Assembly: GCA_944381545.1 (NCBI GenBank)
Contig: CALWLO010000001.1
Coordinates: 1 to 52,868, forward strand
From: an uncultured Acetatifactor sp.
GTDB taxonomy: Bacteria; Bacillota; Clostridia; Lachnospirales; Lachnospiraceae
Length of the DNA: 52,868 nt
Direction: 5' to 3'
The position numbers were made by a program, and so were the translations under genes. Numbering within the stretch: position 1 is the first letter of the stretch; each line of letters starts with the position of its first letter. Under the pieces are notes generated by a model. The model was not told where the DNA came from. It saw nothing but the letters and a program-made list of their open reading frames with translations, and did not search any database. This document shows, one piece after another, positions 36,068-44,700 of this stretch.

Positions 36068-36106
36068 AAAGGGCGCTTCCCTTTATATTGTGGGAGCGCC
36101 TTTTTT
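36068..36106. terminator. Terminator between the convergent DUF212 and leuA genes
   Basis: AAAGGGCGCTTCC...GGGAGCGCCTTTTTT. Confidence 0.75.
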
Positions 36107-36127
36107 CTGTCCGTCCTGTTTCCTCCG

Positions 36128-37804
36128 TTATTTTACCAGCTCCAGTCTATTGACTGCTGAGAAGATGGCTCTCACAGAAGCCCTTGTGATATTGGAGCTG
36201 ACACCCACACCGTAGGTTACCCTGCCAGTCTCTCCGTCCAGCAGATGAATGTATGCTGCGGCCTGAGAGTTGGAACCGCTTTGCAGCGCATGCTCTTCGT
36301 AGTCAAGAATCTTTATATTCGGCCCGAATTCCTCTGCAATACCTCTCTTTACCGCATCAATGGGGCCATTGCCCACGGCTTCAAAGCTCTTCTGCTCACC
36401 GTGCAGGGTATAAATCACCCTCACTTTTGTATCGAAATCCGACTTTGTCTCCTCGCTGAGATCGTCCACCTGCAGCCTGCGGAAATGCAGAGGCTCCTTA
36501 CGCTCCAGATACTCCCTGCGGAAGCTCTCCATGATCTGCTCCGGGGACACCTCTCCCTGTTTCTCCGAGATTTCCTGAATCACATCCGCAAACTCCCTAT
36601 GCATGGCCTTAGGCAGCTTAAAGCCGAAATAAGTATCCATGATAAAGGCTACCCCTCCCTTGCCCGACTGGGAATTGATCCTGACAATGGGTTCATACTG
36701 TCTGCCGATGTCAGAAGGATCAATGGGCAGATAAGGTACCTGCCAGATCTGACTGTTCCTCTCCTTCATGGCCTGGACACCCTTGTTAATGGCATCCTGA
36801 TGAGAACCGGAAAAGGCCGTAAATACCAGCTTTCCCGCATAGGGATGCCTGGGGTGAATGGGAATCTTACAGCACCGCTCGTAGATCTCAATAATATCAT
36901 TGACTCTCTCCAGATTCAATTCGGGATTAATCCCCTGTGAAAACATATTATAGGCAATATTTACAATATCCACATTGCCGGTGCGCTCACCATTGCCGAA
37001 GAGAGTTCCCTCCACCCGATCCGCACCCGCCAACAGCGCCAGCTCCGCACTGGCAACGCCGGTGCCTCTGTCATTATGGGGATGGACGCTGATGATCAGA
37101 CTCTCCCTGTTTTCCAGATGCTTAATCATCCATTCAATCTGGTCCGCATACACATTGGGTGTATTCATCTCCACCGTGGAGGGGAGATTGATGATCATGG
37201 GCTCCTGGGGAGTAGGCTGCCACTCCCGCTGCACCGCATTGCAGATCTCCAGAGCATAATCCAGCTCTGTTCCGGTAAAGCTCTCCGGAGAATACTCCAG
37301 AATAATCCTGCCGGGAAATGAAGCGGCACGCTCCTTCACCATATGCGTACCCTTTACCGCAATCTCCGTGATATGCTCCCGATCCATATGAAATACCACA
37401 TCCCGCTGGAGCGTAGAGGTGGAATTATAGATATGCACCACCGCCTGCTTACAGCCTTCAATAGCGTCAAAGGTTCTGTCAATCAATTCCTCACGGCACT
37501 GGGTCAGCACCTGTACCCGCACATCATCAGGGATCAGCCGCCGCTCAATCAGCTGGCGCAGGAAATCATATTCAATCTGGCTGGCCGCCGGAAAACCTAC
37601 TTCTATCTCCTTAAACCCCAGCTTTACCAGGAACTGGAACATCTCAATCTTTTCATTTACATGCATGGGATCAATCAAGGCCTGATTGCCGTCCCGCAGA
37701 TCCACACTGCACCAGACAGGCGCCTTCTCAATCTCCTTATTCGGCCATTCTCTCTCCGGATAGTTTATCACCGGATTTCTCCGGTATCTTTGATAATTCA
37801 GCAT
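36128..37804 (-). CDS. leuA: 2-isopropylmalate synthase (fungal/actinobacterial type)
   Basis: WCSVDLRDGNQAL, EYSPESF, NLPSTVE, HPHNDRG, GNGERTGN, FSGSHQDAI, RINSQSGKGG, GNGPIDA. Confidence 0.95.
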   Translation of the reverse strand: MLNYQRYRRNPVINYPEREWPNKEIEKAPVWCSVDLRDGNQALIDPMHVNEKIEMFQFLVKLGFKEIEVGFPAASQIEYDFLRQLIERRLIPDDVRVQVLTQCREELIDRTFDAIEGCKQAVVHIYNSTSTLQRDVVFHMDREHITEIAVKGTHMVKERAASFPGRIILEYSPESFTGTELDYALEICNAVQREWQPTPQEPMIINLPSTVEMNTPNVYADQIEWMIKHLENRESLIISVHPHNDRGTGVASAELALLAGADRVEGTLFGNGERTGNVDIVNIAYNMFSQGINPELNLERVNDIIEIYERCCKIPIHPRHPYAGKLVFTAFSGSHQDAINKGVQAMKERNSQIWQVPYLPIDPSDIGRQYEPIVRINSQSGKGGVAFIMDTYFGFKLPKAMHREFADVIQEISEKQGEVSPEQIMESFRREYLERKEPLHFRRLQVDDLSEETKSDFDTKVRVIYTLHGEQKSFEAVGNGPIDAVKRGIAEEFGPNIKILDYEEHALQSGSNSQAAAYIHLLDGETGRVTYGVGVSSNITRASVRAIFSAVNRLELVK

Positions 37805-37840
37805 AACTCTGTCCTTTCCTTACTTTTTACATATGAAAGA

Positions 37841-37928
37841 ATCCTGCCCGGAGGGCTTTTTGATTCTATAAGGAAGTTTGAAGAACTTTCCTATAGAATC
37901 AAAGAGCCCATCCCCCTAAGGATGGGCT
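37841..37928. repeat. Long imperfect palindrome (REP/MITE-like) between HPr and leuA
   Basis: GGGCTTTTTGATTCTATA (37853-37870) pairs with TATAGAATCAAAGAGCCC (37892-37909) with one mismatch, and has an inner stem. A second hairpin AGCCCATCC/GGATGGGCT overlaps it. Confidence 0.7.
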
Positions 37929-37950
37929 AATCCTCTGCTGCCTGGGGATA

Positions 37951-38214
37951 TCATTCTCCCAGTCCGCTTTCCACTGCGTCTACCAGGGTTTTCAGAGCCT
38001 CCTGCTCATCCTCCCCTTCACAGATAAATTCAATCTCATCGCCGCATTTCACACATGCTCCCAATACGCTCAGCACGCTTTTGGCGTTTGCGGTATTATC
38101 TCGAAATGTAAACGTAATCAATGATTTGAACTGCATTGCTTCCTTGCACAGAATCCCCGCCGGTCTTAAATGCAGACCCGTAGGATTCTTAATTGTAACC
38201 CTTTGGCTTACCAT
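37951..38214 (-). CDS. ptsH: HPr family phosphocarrier protein
   Basis: GLHLRPA (His15) and NAKSVLSVL (Ser46); 87 aa. Confidence 0.9.
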   Translation of the reverse strand: MVSQRVTIKNPTGLHLRPAGILCKEAMQFKSLITFTFRDNTANAKSVLSVLGACVKCGDEIEFICEGEDEQEALKTLVDAVESGLGE

Positions 38215-38350
38215 GTATCATACCTCCAATACTTAAATTGCCGCCTGTATCCGCCAACCCCATATATCTGCAGTATCTGTTTCCCTCCTATGTAGTATCA
38301 TCCCCACTATTTTTATCTTAACATAAAACAGCTGAAACCACAAGGGCAAC

Positions 38351-39700
38351 TTAGAACATCCTATCCTGGATAAGCTTCGCCAATGCCGTAGCTTCGGCCT
38401 GGATAGCCTCATAATCCTTTCCCTCGATCATCACCCGCACCAGCGGCTCCGTACCGGACGGACGAATCAAAACCCTGCCCTCCCCTGCAAACTTCGCTTC
38501 CAATTCCGCAATGGCCCGGGCAATCTCCGGATACTCCATGTAAAGCTCCTTCTTATGGTTAGCCACCTTTGCATTTACCAGAGCCTGGGGCAGCACCTCC
38601 ATGATCTGTGCCAGCTCTGACAGAGGCTTCCCCGTCTCCACCATGACCTGCAGCAGATGCAAAGCGCTGAGCAGGCCGTCCCCGGTAGTATTCTCATCCA
38701 GAAAGATCACATGTCCCGACTGCTCTCCGCCCAGGCTTGCTCCGATCTCTTTCATGCGTTCCAGCACATAGCGGTCACCCACTTTTGTCTGCTCCACATG
38801 CAGCTTTTCTCTCTCCGCCATCAGGAAAAATCCCAGATTGCTCATAACAGTGGCAACAATGGTGTCATTTTTCAGCCTTCCCTGACTTTTCAAATAGTTG
38901 CCCACAATGGCCATAATCTGATCCCCATCTACAATCTTGCCGTTTTCATCCACTGCCAGCAGTCTGTCTGCGTCGCCGTCAAAGGCCAGGCCTATATCTG
39001 CCTTTTCGTATACCACCCGGGCCTGTAGTTCCTCCATGTGGGTTGAACCGCAGTTGGCATTGATATTGGTGCCGTCCGGGCTATTATGGATGGCTACCAC
39101 ATCTCCACCCAGCTCCTTCAGCGCCTCCACAGAGGTATAGTAAGCCGCACCCTCCGCACAGTCAACCACGATCTTCAAATGGCTGAGATCCACTTTTACG
39201 GATTGGATTGCATGATTCACATACTCCTCCCTGGCGTCGGTACGGTACTTAATCTTACCTACGCCGGGACCGATGGGGAATTTTACGCCCTGCATCTGGG
39301 AATAAATCAGTGTCTCTATCTCATCCTCCAGTTCATCCGGCAGCTTATATCCGTCTCCGTCAAAAAATTTGATGCCGTTAAACTCCACCGGATTATGAGA
39401 AGCAGATATGACTACTCCTGCATCCACTTTATATTTCTGAGTCAGAAAAGCCACCGCCGGCGTAGGGATAACTCCCACATATACGCAGTTTGCCCCCACG
39501 GAGCAGGCGCCCGCCATGAGAGCATTTGCCAGCATATCTCCGGAGATCCGGGTATCGCAGCCCACCATGATGGTGGGCTTATGCTCCTTTTCCTTCGTCA
39601 ATACATATGCACCAGCCTGCCCCAGCTGCATGGCAAGCAGGGGTGTCAGCTCTTCATTGGCAATCCCTCTGACACCGTCCGTCCCAAATAGTCTGCCCAT
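38351..39700 (-). CDS. glmM: Phosphoglucosamine mutase
   Basis: Start MGRLFGTDGVRG; VISASHNP, FDGDADR, GGEQSGH, IRPSGTEP. Confidence 0.97.
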   Translation of the reverse strand: MGRLFGTDGVRGIANEELTPLLAMQLGQAGAYVLTKEKEHKPTIMVGCDTRISGDMLANALMAGACSVGANCVYVGVIPTPAVAFLTQKYKVDAGVVISASHNPVEFNGIKFFDGDGYKLPDELEDEIETLIYSQMQGVKFPIGPGVGKIKYRTDAREEYVNHAIQSVKVDLSHLKIVVDCAEGAAYYTSVEALKELGGDVVAIHNSPDGTNINANCGSTHMEELQARVVYEKADIGLAFDGDADRLLAVDENGKIVDGDQIMAIVGNYLKSQGRLKNDTIVATVMSNLGFFLMAEREKLHVEQTKVGDRYVLERMKEIGASLGGEQSGHVIFLDENTTGDGLLSALHLLQVMVETGKPLSELAQIMEVLPQALVNAKVANHKKELYMEYPEIARAIAELEAKFAGEGRVLIRPSGTEPLVRVMIEGKDYEAIQAEATALAKLIQDRMF

Positions 39701-39727
39701 AACTTCACAATCCTCCATAATACTCTT

Positions 39728-41044
39728 TTAATGATTCTGAGTCTCCTCCTGCGCACTGACAAAGTTCAGGGTGACAGCGGGTGTACTCACTAATTCCTGC
39801 TGCTCCAGCAGAGATACCGTTACCGGCAGACTATATACGCCCTCGGATAATTCCGTCATATTGGTTTCTTCCATCCAGGCGCCCACATCCACAATTCCCT
39901 GGAGAGTGGACGACTGCAGCAGGGTCACATAGGCCTCCAGCCCTCTGACTACCAGCGGGGACGTGGTATTGCCGGCAATCTCGCAGGTCAACCCCTCGGG
40001 TATGTTGATCACCTGGATATTCTCAGCCCGTAGCGTAATACGCCGTTCTACAATTTCCTCAATCTTTACAACCACTCTGACCGTATCATCAAAGCCGTCA
40101 TCAGCGAAGGAGATGCCGTCCGGCAGATAATTTCGCAGGTACAGTGTTTTTTCATAATCTGCAGCGGCATCCGTGATATCAATATCCTCCGGATCTACCC
40201 GCAATTCCGTAACATCATTCAGTATCTGGCTGGGTCCGGCAATTTTTACCGTTTCCACCGTGGTTTCCATCACGCCCGTCACTAAATAGCCCTCTGCAGG
40301 AGCCCCCGTATATTCATATATGACCGGAACCTCCTTGGTATTCCATACCTCTACCTTGGCCACAACGGTATTCAGGTTTTTTGTCACAGATGCCCTTGTC
40401 ACCTCATTGCCATCCTGATCCAGCAGGCGGATGCCGCTGGAGGTGGTAATATTGCGGGTTATGCCCGTCACATCCACATCCACCTCTGCCCTGCTGATCT
40501 CCGTTATCACACTCTCCGGGCCCTGAATCTGCAGCCGGTTTTGATCCAGGCTGATATTGCCCACAATATAGTTCTCTGCCACTTCACCAATGATATTGTA
40601 ATAAATATCAATCCACTTCGTTGCCCTGTCTTCAATATTCAGTCTCACATATTCGATATTACCGCTGATATTCTGTACCTGATCGCTGTACTTCGGGCAG
40701 GAAAACTTGATCTCCACTGTGTTTGTCACCGTAAGATTGGTCAGATCGGCTTCCGCAATAATATCGCTGGCCTGTATCTCTCTTCTGACACTTAAGGGAG
40801 CATCAAATGTCACAGTTCGCAGTACATCCGTATTATCCAGAATCTCATAGACCTGATCATTATCTGTCAGCAGCTCCGTATTGACCAGGTTTACCTTAAC
40901 ATTCTGAAACCGTTTCTCTGCCACCGGATCATCGGTGCTCACCACCACAAACCAAAGGGCAAAGGCGAGAACCAGGGACACCAGCTTCAGAAGCCAATGG
41001 GAGAACAATATGGATCGAATTTTTAAGCCTATTTTCCCTTTCAT
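39728..41044 (-). CDS. cdaR: YbbR-domain regulator of diadenylate cyclase
   Basis: KLVSLVLAFALWFVV TM anchor and beta-rich repeats (GPES, GAPAEGY); located between cdaA and glmM. Confidence 0.88.
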   Translation of the reverse strand: MKGKIGLKIRSILFSHWLLKLVSLVLAFALWFVVVSTDDPVAEKRFQNVKVNLVNTELLTDNDQVYEILDNTDVLRTVTFDAPLSVRREIQASDIIAEADLTNLTVTNTVEIKFSCPKYSDQVQNISGNIEYVRLNIEDRATKWIDIYYNIIGEVAENYIVGNISLDQNRLQIQGPESVITEISRAEVDVDVTGITRNITTSSGIRLLDQDGNEVTRASVTKNLNTVVAKVEVWNTKEVPVIYEYTGAPAEGYLVTGVMETTVETVKIAGPSQILNDVTELRVDPEDIDITDAAADYEKTLYLRNYLPDGISFADDGFDDTVRVVVKIEEIVERRITLRAENIQVINIPEGLTCEIAGNTTSPLVVRGLEAYVTLLQSSTLQGIVDVGAWMEETNMTELSEGVYSLPVTVSLLEQQELVSTPAVTLNFVSAQEETQNH

Positions 41045-41913
41045 GCTTCCTGTTTGCCCTTTCCTTTCCGTCTGCGCCTGCTCTTTCCCGCATCTTCCGT
41101 CAGATTGGTCAGTTCCATCAGGCGCTCTTTAAGTCTCTCCCCATCAAAATCCCGTTCCAGCTGGCCGCCTACGGCAACACTGATCTTACCTGTCTGTTCC
41201 GATACGATCACCGTAATGGAGTCAGCAGCCTCTGAAATACCCACGCCGGCTCTGTGTCTGGTGCCCACCTCCTTACTGATATCCCCGTTGTCCGTCAGCG
41301 GCAGATAACAGGTTGCCGAGGTGATTCTGTTGCCCCGGATAATGACTGCGCCGTCATGCAGGGGAGTATTGTGTTCAAAAATATTAATCAATAGCTGACT
41401 GGTTACCAGCCCGTCCACATAGATCCCCGTTCTCTCATAATCACTCAGGGACTGCTTCTGCTCAATCACAATAAGCGCCCCGGTCTTTACCTTGCTCATC
41501 TCCACGCAGGCACGGGTAATCTCATTCACCGTCTTTTCCGTAAATGCGTTATCTACATCCTTCCTGGAGTTATCAAAAGGCAGCACATTAGCGATCAGAT
41601 TCTTATTGCCCAGTTCCTCCAGCGCCTTACGTAATTCCGGCTGCAATACGATAAGTATGGCCGTCACAGCAAAGCCGATTACATTTTCCCCCAGCCACAG
41701 AATCGTATTCATATTAAAATAGGAAGCGGCAACCCAAAAAAACAGTATCACAAGCAGGCCCTTGAGCAATGTCCAGGCCCTGGTCTTCTGAATCCACAGC
41801 ATAATGTGATAGAGGAGAAATGCGATAATCAGCATCTCCAAAATATCGCTCGCCTCAATGCTGGGCACATATCTTCTTAAGTTCGTAATAATCTCTTTAA
41901 CAGCCTCTTCCAT
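41041..41913 (-). CDS. cdaA: Membrane diadenylate cyclase
   Basis: Three TM helices; QPELRKALE, GALIVIE, TPLHDGA, GTRHRA. Confidence 0.96.
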   Translation of the reverse strand: MEEAVKEIITNLRRYVPSIEASDILEMLIIAFLLYHIMLWIQKTRAWTLLKGLLVILFFWVAASYFNMNTILWLGENVIGFAVTAILIVLQPELRKALEELGNKNLIANVLPFDNSRKDVDNAFTEKTVNEITRACVEMSKVKTGALIVIEQKQSLSDYERTGIYVDGLVTSQLLINIFEHNTPLHDGAVIIRGNRITSATCYLPLTDNGDISKEVGTRHRAGVGISEAADSITVIVSEQTGKISVAVGGQLERDFDGERLKERLMELTNLTEDAGKSRRRRKGKGKQEA

Positions 41914-41953
41914 TCCTGCCTATCCTATGCCTCTGCCGCTTCTGTCATCCGTT

Positions 41954-43075
41954 CTATATTTCTTCGTAATCATCTGTAGGGGCGTCCGGCTCACTGCTGA
42001 TGGTAACGCTTCTGCCGCTCCCCCGTCCCCGATAAGGTCTGGACTGCCCGTTCCTGGGGCCGCCGGTACGCTCTGTCACCACGCTTCTGTTAACCCTCTG
42101 GGGAGCAATCGTCATATCTTCATCCTCATCCGCCTCACGCACTGATCTGCGCTGGGTATTGATGTGCTTTACCGTCTTAGATATGGCAGAAACACTCATC
42201 TTAGGGACTGCCTTTACATAATAATAATATTCATCATCCTCATACTGCACCTTCTCCGTCCTGCTGTAATCCACACAAAACCGGAAAAATTCCAGAATCT
42301 TGGCGGCAATCAGCGCCACGATACTGCCCAGTACCGCCATCCCCAGAGACAGGTTCGTGTCATACATCAGATCACCCACTAAAAGTACTACCAGATCTAT
42401 AATTACGCCGGCAATCATCGCAATAGACCAGGAATAGTCTATGGACATGCGCCGGATCAGATATACCGCAACAATCGTAATCACAAAAGCGACAATCAAA
42501 ACGAGCATCGCCCGGTTGCCCAGTATCCCGTCAATTACAAGCCTCAGCTTGGCCGTGGCTTCATCCGCTCCCATACTGCTGATGGTAGTCGCATTGGCTG
42601 AAATGTTGGTCAGCATATAATACACAACAATACCGCACGCCACAGGAATCGCCGCCAGGGGGGAAGTCAGCAGACCTACTGCCACAGGAATCACATAAGG
42701 GATCCTCATTCCCAGGAATATAACCGTAAAAATGAGAATCACTGAGTCCCTGGAATTCAGCCGGAAAAACAGCAGGAACATAATCAGATAAATGGCCAGT
42801 CCCGCAACGGCCACCTCCAGCGACAGCTCATACAGATGCATCAGGCTGAACACTGCCGCAAACAATATCATGCAGCCATTCGGCAGAAAAGAACAAAGCA
42901 GAGAGACGATCAACACCAGCCCCAGGTTGTCCAGCCTGCCCATATATCCCAGTTCGCCATTCACCATGCAGATGGTCAGAAAGGCCAGCATAAATTTCAA
43001 GACAGGAATCAGAATGAATTCACTCCTGCTGTAAAGTAGCTTCACTTTTTCCCGAATTTCTAATAAATTTCTCAT
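41954..43075 (-). CDS. Polytopic membrane protein of unknown function
   Basis: About 10 TM helices; DYSRTEKVQYEDDEYYYYVKAVPK; low-complexity tail. Confidence 0.8.
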   Translation of the reverse strand: MRNLLEIREKVKLLYSRSEFILIPVLKFMLAFLTICMVNGELGYMGRLDNLGLVLIVSLLCSFLPNGCMILFAAVFSLMHLYELSLEVAVAGLAIYLIMFLLFFRLNSRDSVILIFTVIFLGMRIPYVIPVAVGLLTSPLAAIPVACGIVVYYMLTNISANATTISSMGADEATAKLRLVIDGILGNRAMLVLIVAFVITIVAVYLIRRMSIDYSWSIAMIAGVIIDLVVLLVGDLMYDTNLSLGMAVLGSIVALIAAKILEFFRFCVDYSRTEKVQYEDDEYYYYVKAVPKMSVSAISKTVKHINTQRRSVREADEDEDMTIAPQRVNRSVVTERTGGPRNGQSRPYRGRGSGRSVTISSEPDAPTDDYEEI

Positions 43076-43119
43076 GATATATCCTCATATCTATTTTTAT
43101 TCCTGTGCAGCTCACAGGT

Positions 43120-43506
43120 TTACTGGCGATACATATTTTCCAGCTTTTTCAAATTGTGATAGTAGCATTTCAGGCTCTTTTTGGCCTTACCATAACGATA
43201 TGCACTGATAATATAAACCGCCACACAATAGATCACAACAAAAACAACATACCATATCAATACATTTTGGGCAAAGGTCAGCAGATCCATCTTGTAGATA
43301 TCCGCCATAAATTCTTCAAAATCATATAAAATATATAAACCGAATCCCAATACAAAAGCAATCGTACCGCTGAGAAAAGCACGCAATAGCCGCAGGGCAA
43401 TATAATCTCCCCGGAAATACCGGCCAATCGACATGTTTTCCCTGCCCTCCCCCTGTTCGTAGGAGGCCATCTTGGTCATCAGGACGATCCGATCTTCATT
43501 TAGCAT
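43120..43506 (-). CDS. Small two-TM membrane protein of unknown function
   Basis: MLNEDRIVLMTKMASYE start, RBS GAGGT, two hydrophobic helices. Confidence 0.78.
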   Translation of the reverse strand: MLNEDRIVLMTKMASYEQGEGRENMSIGRYFRGDYIALRLLRAFLSGTIAFVLGFGLYILYDFEEFMADIYKMDLLTFAQNVLIWYVVFVVIYCVAVYIISAYRYGKAKKSLKCYYHNLKKLENMYRQ

Positions 43507-43530
43507 AACTTACCTCTTTCCATACCTCTA

Positions 43531-43935
43531 CTACAGATAGCGCATTCTGGAGTTTCCGTCATCGTTTCGCACGAGCCTGGACTGCTTAGGCGCATTGCTC
43601 CTTAATACCTCCTGGAAGCCCTTGGATACGTCCATCTTGCACTTTTCGCAAAATCTGCCGCTGCGGATCGGTGCGCCGCAGCTTTCACAGCGCAGCAAAA
43701 TCGGAGATCCCTCGGCCAGCTCCAGACGGTCTTCCTTCAGCCACTGACGGATCTGACTGGGATCCACGTCGCAGGCCTCTGACACCTCATGGATACCCAC
43801 ACCGGGATTCGCCCGGATATATTCCTTAACCTCCTGAAACTTTTCTTCCAGCTTTTCCCTGCAGGCAGGGCAATAAACCGGTCCTGCAATATAATTGAAT
43901 AATCTTCTGCAGCCTCTGCAATTTTTGACATTCAT
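43531..43935 (-). CDS. Flagellar operon zinc-ribbon protein (YvyF-like)
   Basis: NCRGCRRLF, CPAC, FQEVKEYIR, IRQWLKEDRL, CESCG..I.SGRFCEKC; follows comF. Confidence 0.85.
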   Translation of the reverse strand: MNVKNCRGCRRLFNYIAGPVYCPACREKLEEKFQEVKEYIRANPGVGIHEVSEACDVDPSQIRQWLKEDRLELAEGSPILLRCESCGAPIRSGRFCEKCKMDVSKGFQEVLRSNAPKQSRLVRNDDGNSRMRYL

Positions 43936-43955
43936 CGGCAGTGCCCTCCGTTTCC

Positions 43956-44699
43956 CTATACTCCCGTTCCTATGGCCAGGACGATAGAATAGATCCTCTG
44001 GCAGCCATCAGCCAGAAGAACTGCGGATACCTGATCCATCGTGCTTCCCGTGGTATAGATATCATCTATCAATATAATTGTCTTTAATTTTACACCATTT
44101 TGCCGCAGATTAAAAGCTTTTTTCAAATTATTTAATCTTTCTTCAGGATTTAACTCTTTTAGGGGCCTGGTATTCCGGTTTCTGACCACCAGATCGGGGT
44201 ATACCGGAATGCCCAGTTCCCTCCCCAGGGCCTTGGCCAGCAGCTCCGCCTGATTATATCCCCGGCGGCGGCGCTTTCCGGCATACATGGGGACGGGCAC
44301 CAGTCCATCCGGTTTCAGGCTTTGGATATAACCGCCCAGCTGCCGGGCCAGCTCCTTTCCGAAAAAAACAGCATACTCCCTGCGCCCGCCATATTTAAAC
44401 CGGTACAAGGCCGGCGCAATATCCTCATATTGGTATAATGCCCTCCCCGCCGTAAACAAATGCCGGCGGCGTCTGCAGTCCCCGCAGAACTCCGCTTCTT
44501 CGTCTGCCAGCTTTTTGCCGCACCGGTAGCAAAGCGGGGCTGTCAGATAGCGCACCCTCTGCCTGCAGGACGGGCACATTCGCTGGATGCCCGTCCCCAA
44601 CACCTCATCGCAGACAGGGCATCTTACGGGATAAAGCCAGGAACCCACGATTTCAAGCCAATTCTTCTTCCCTCTTTTTTCTTTTTCTGAAACCTTCAA
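43956..44699 (-). CDS. comF: ComF family protein (zinc fingers plus PRTase domain)
   Basis: Probable TTG start at 44699 after GGAGGAG. CxxC pairs, VPVP, RGYNQAELLA, LIDDIYTTGST. Confidence 0.9.
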   Translation of the reverse strand: MKVSEKEKRGKKNWLEIVGSWLYPVRCPVCDEVLGTGIQRMCPSCRQRVRYLTAPLCYRCGKKLADEEAEFCGDCRRRRHLFTAGRALYQYEDIAPALYRFKYGGRREYAVFFGKELARQLGGYIQSLKPDGLVPVPMYAGKRRRRGYNQAELLAKALGRELGIPVYPDLVVRNRNTRPLKELNPEERLNNLKKAFNLRQNGVKLKTIILIDDIYTTGSTMDQVSAVLLADGCQRIYSIVLAIGTGV

Positions 44700-44700
44700 T

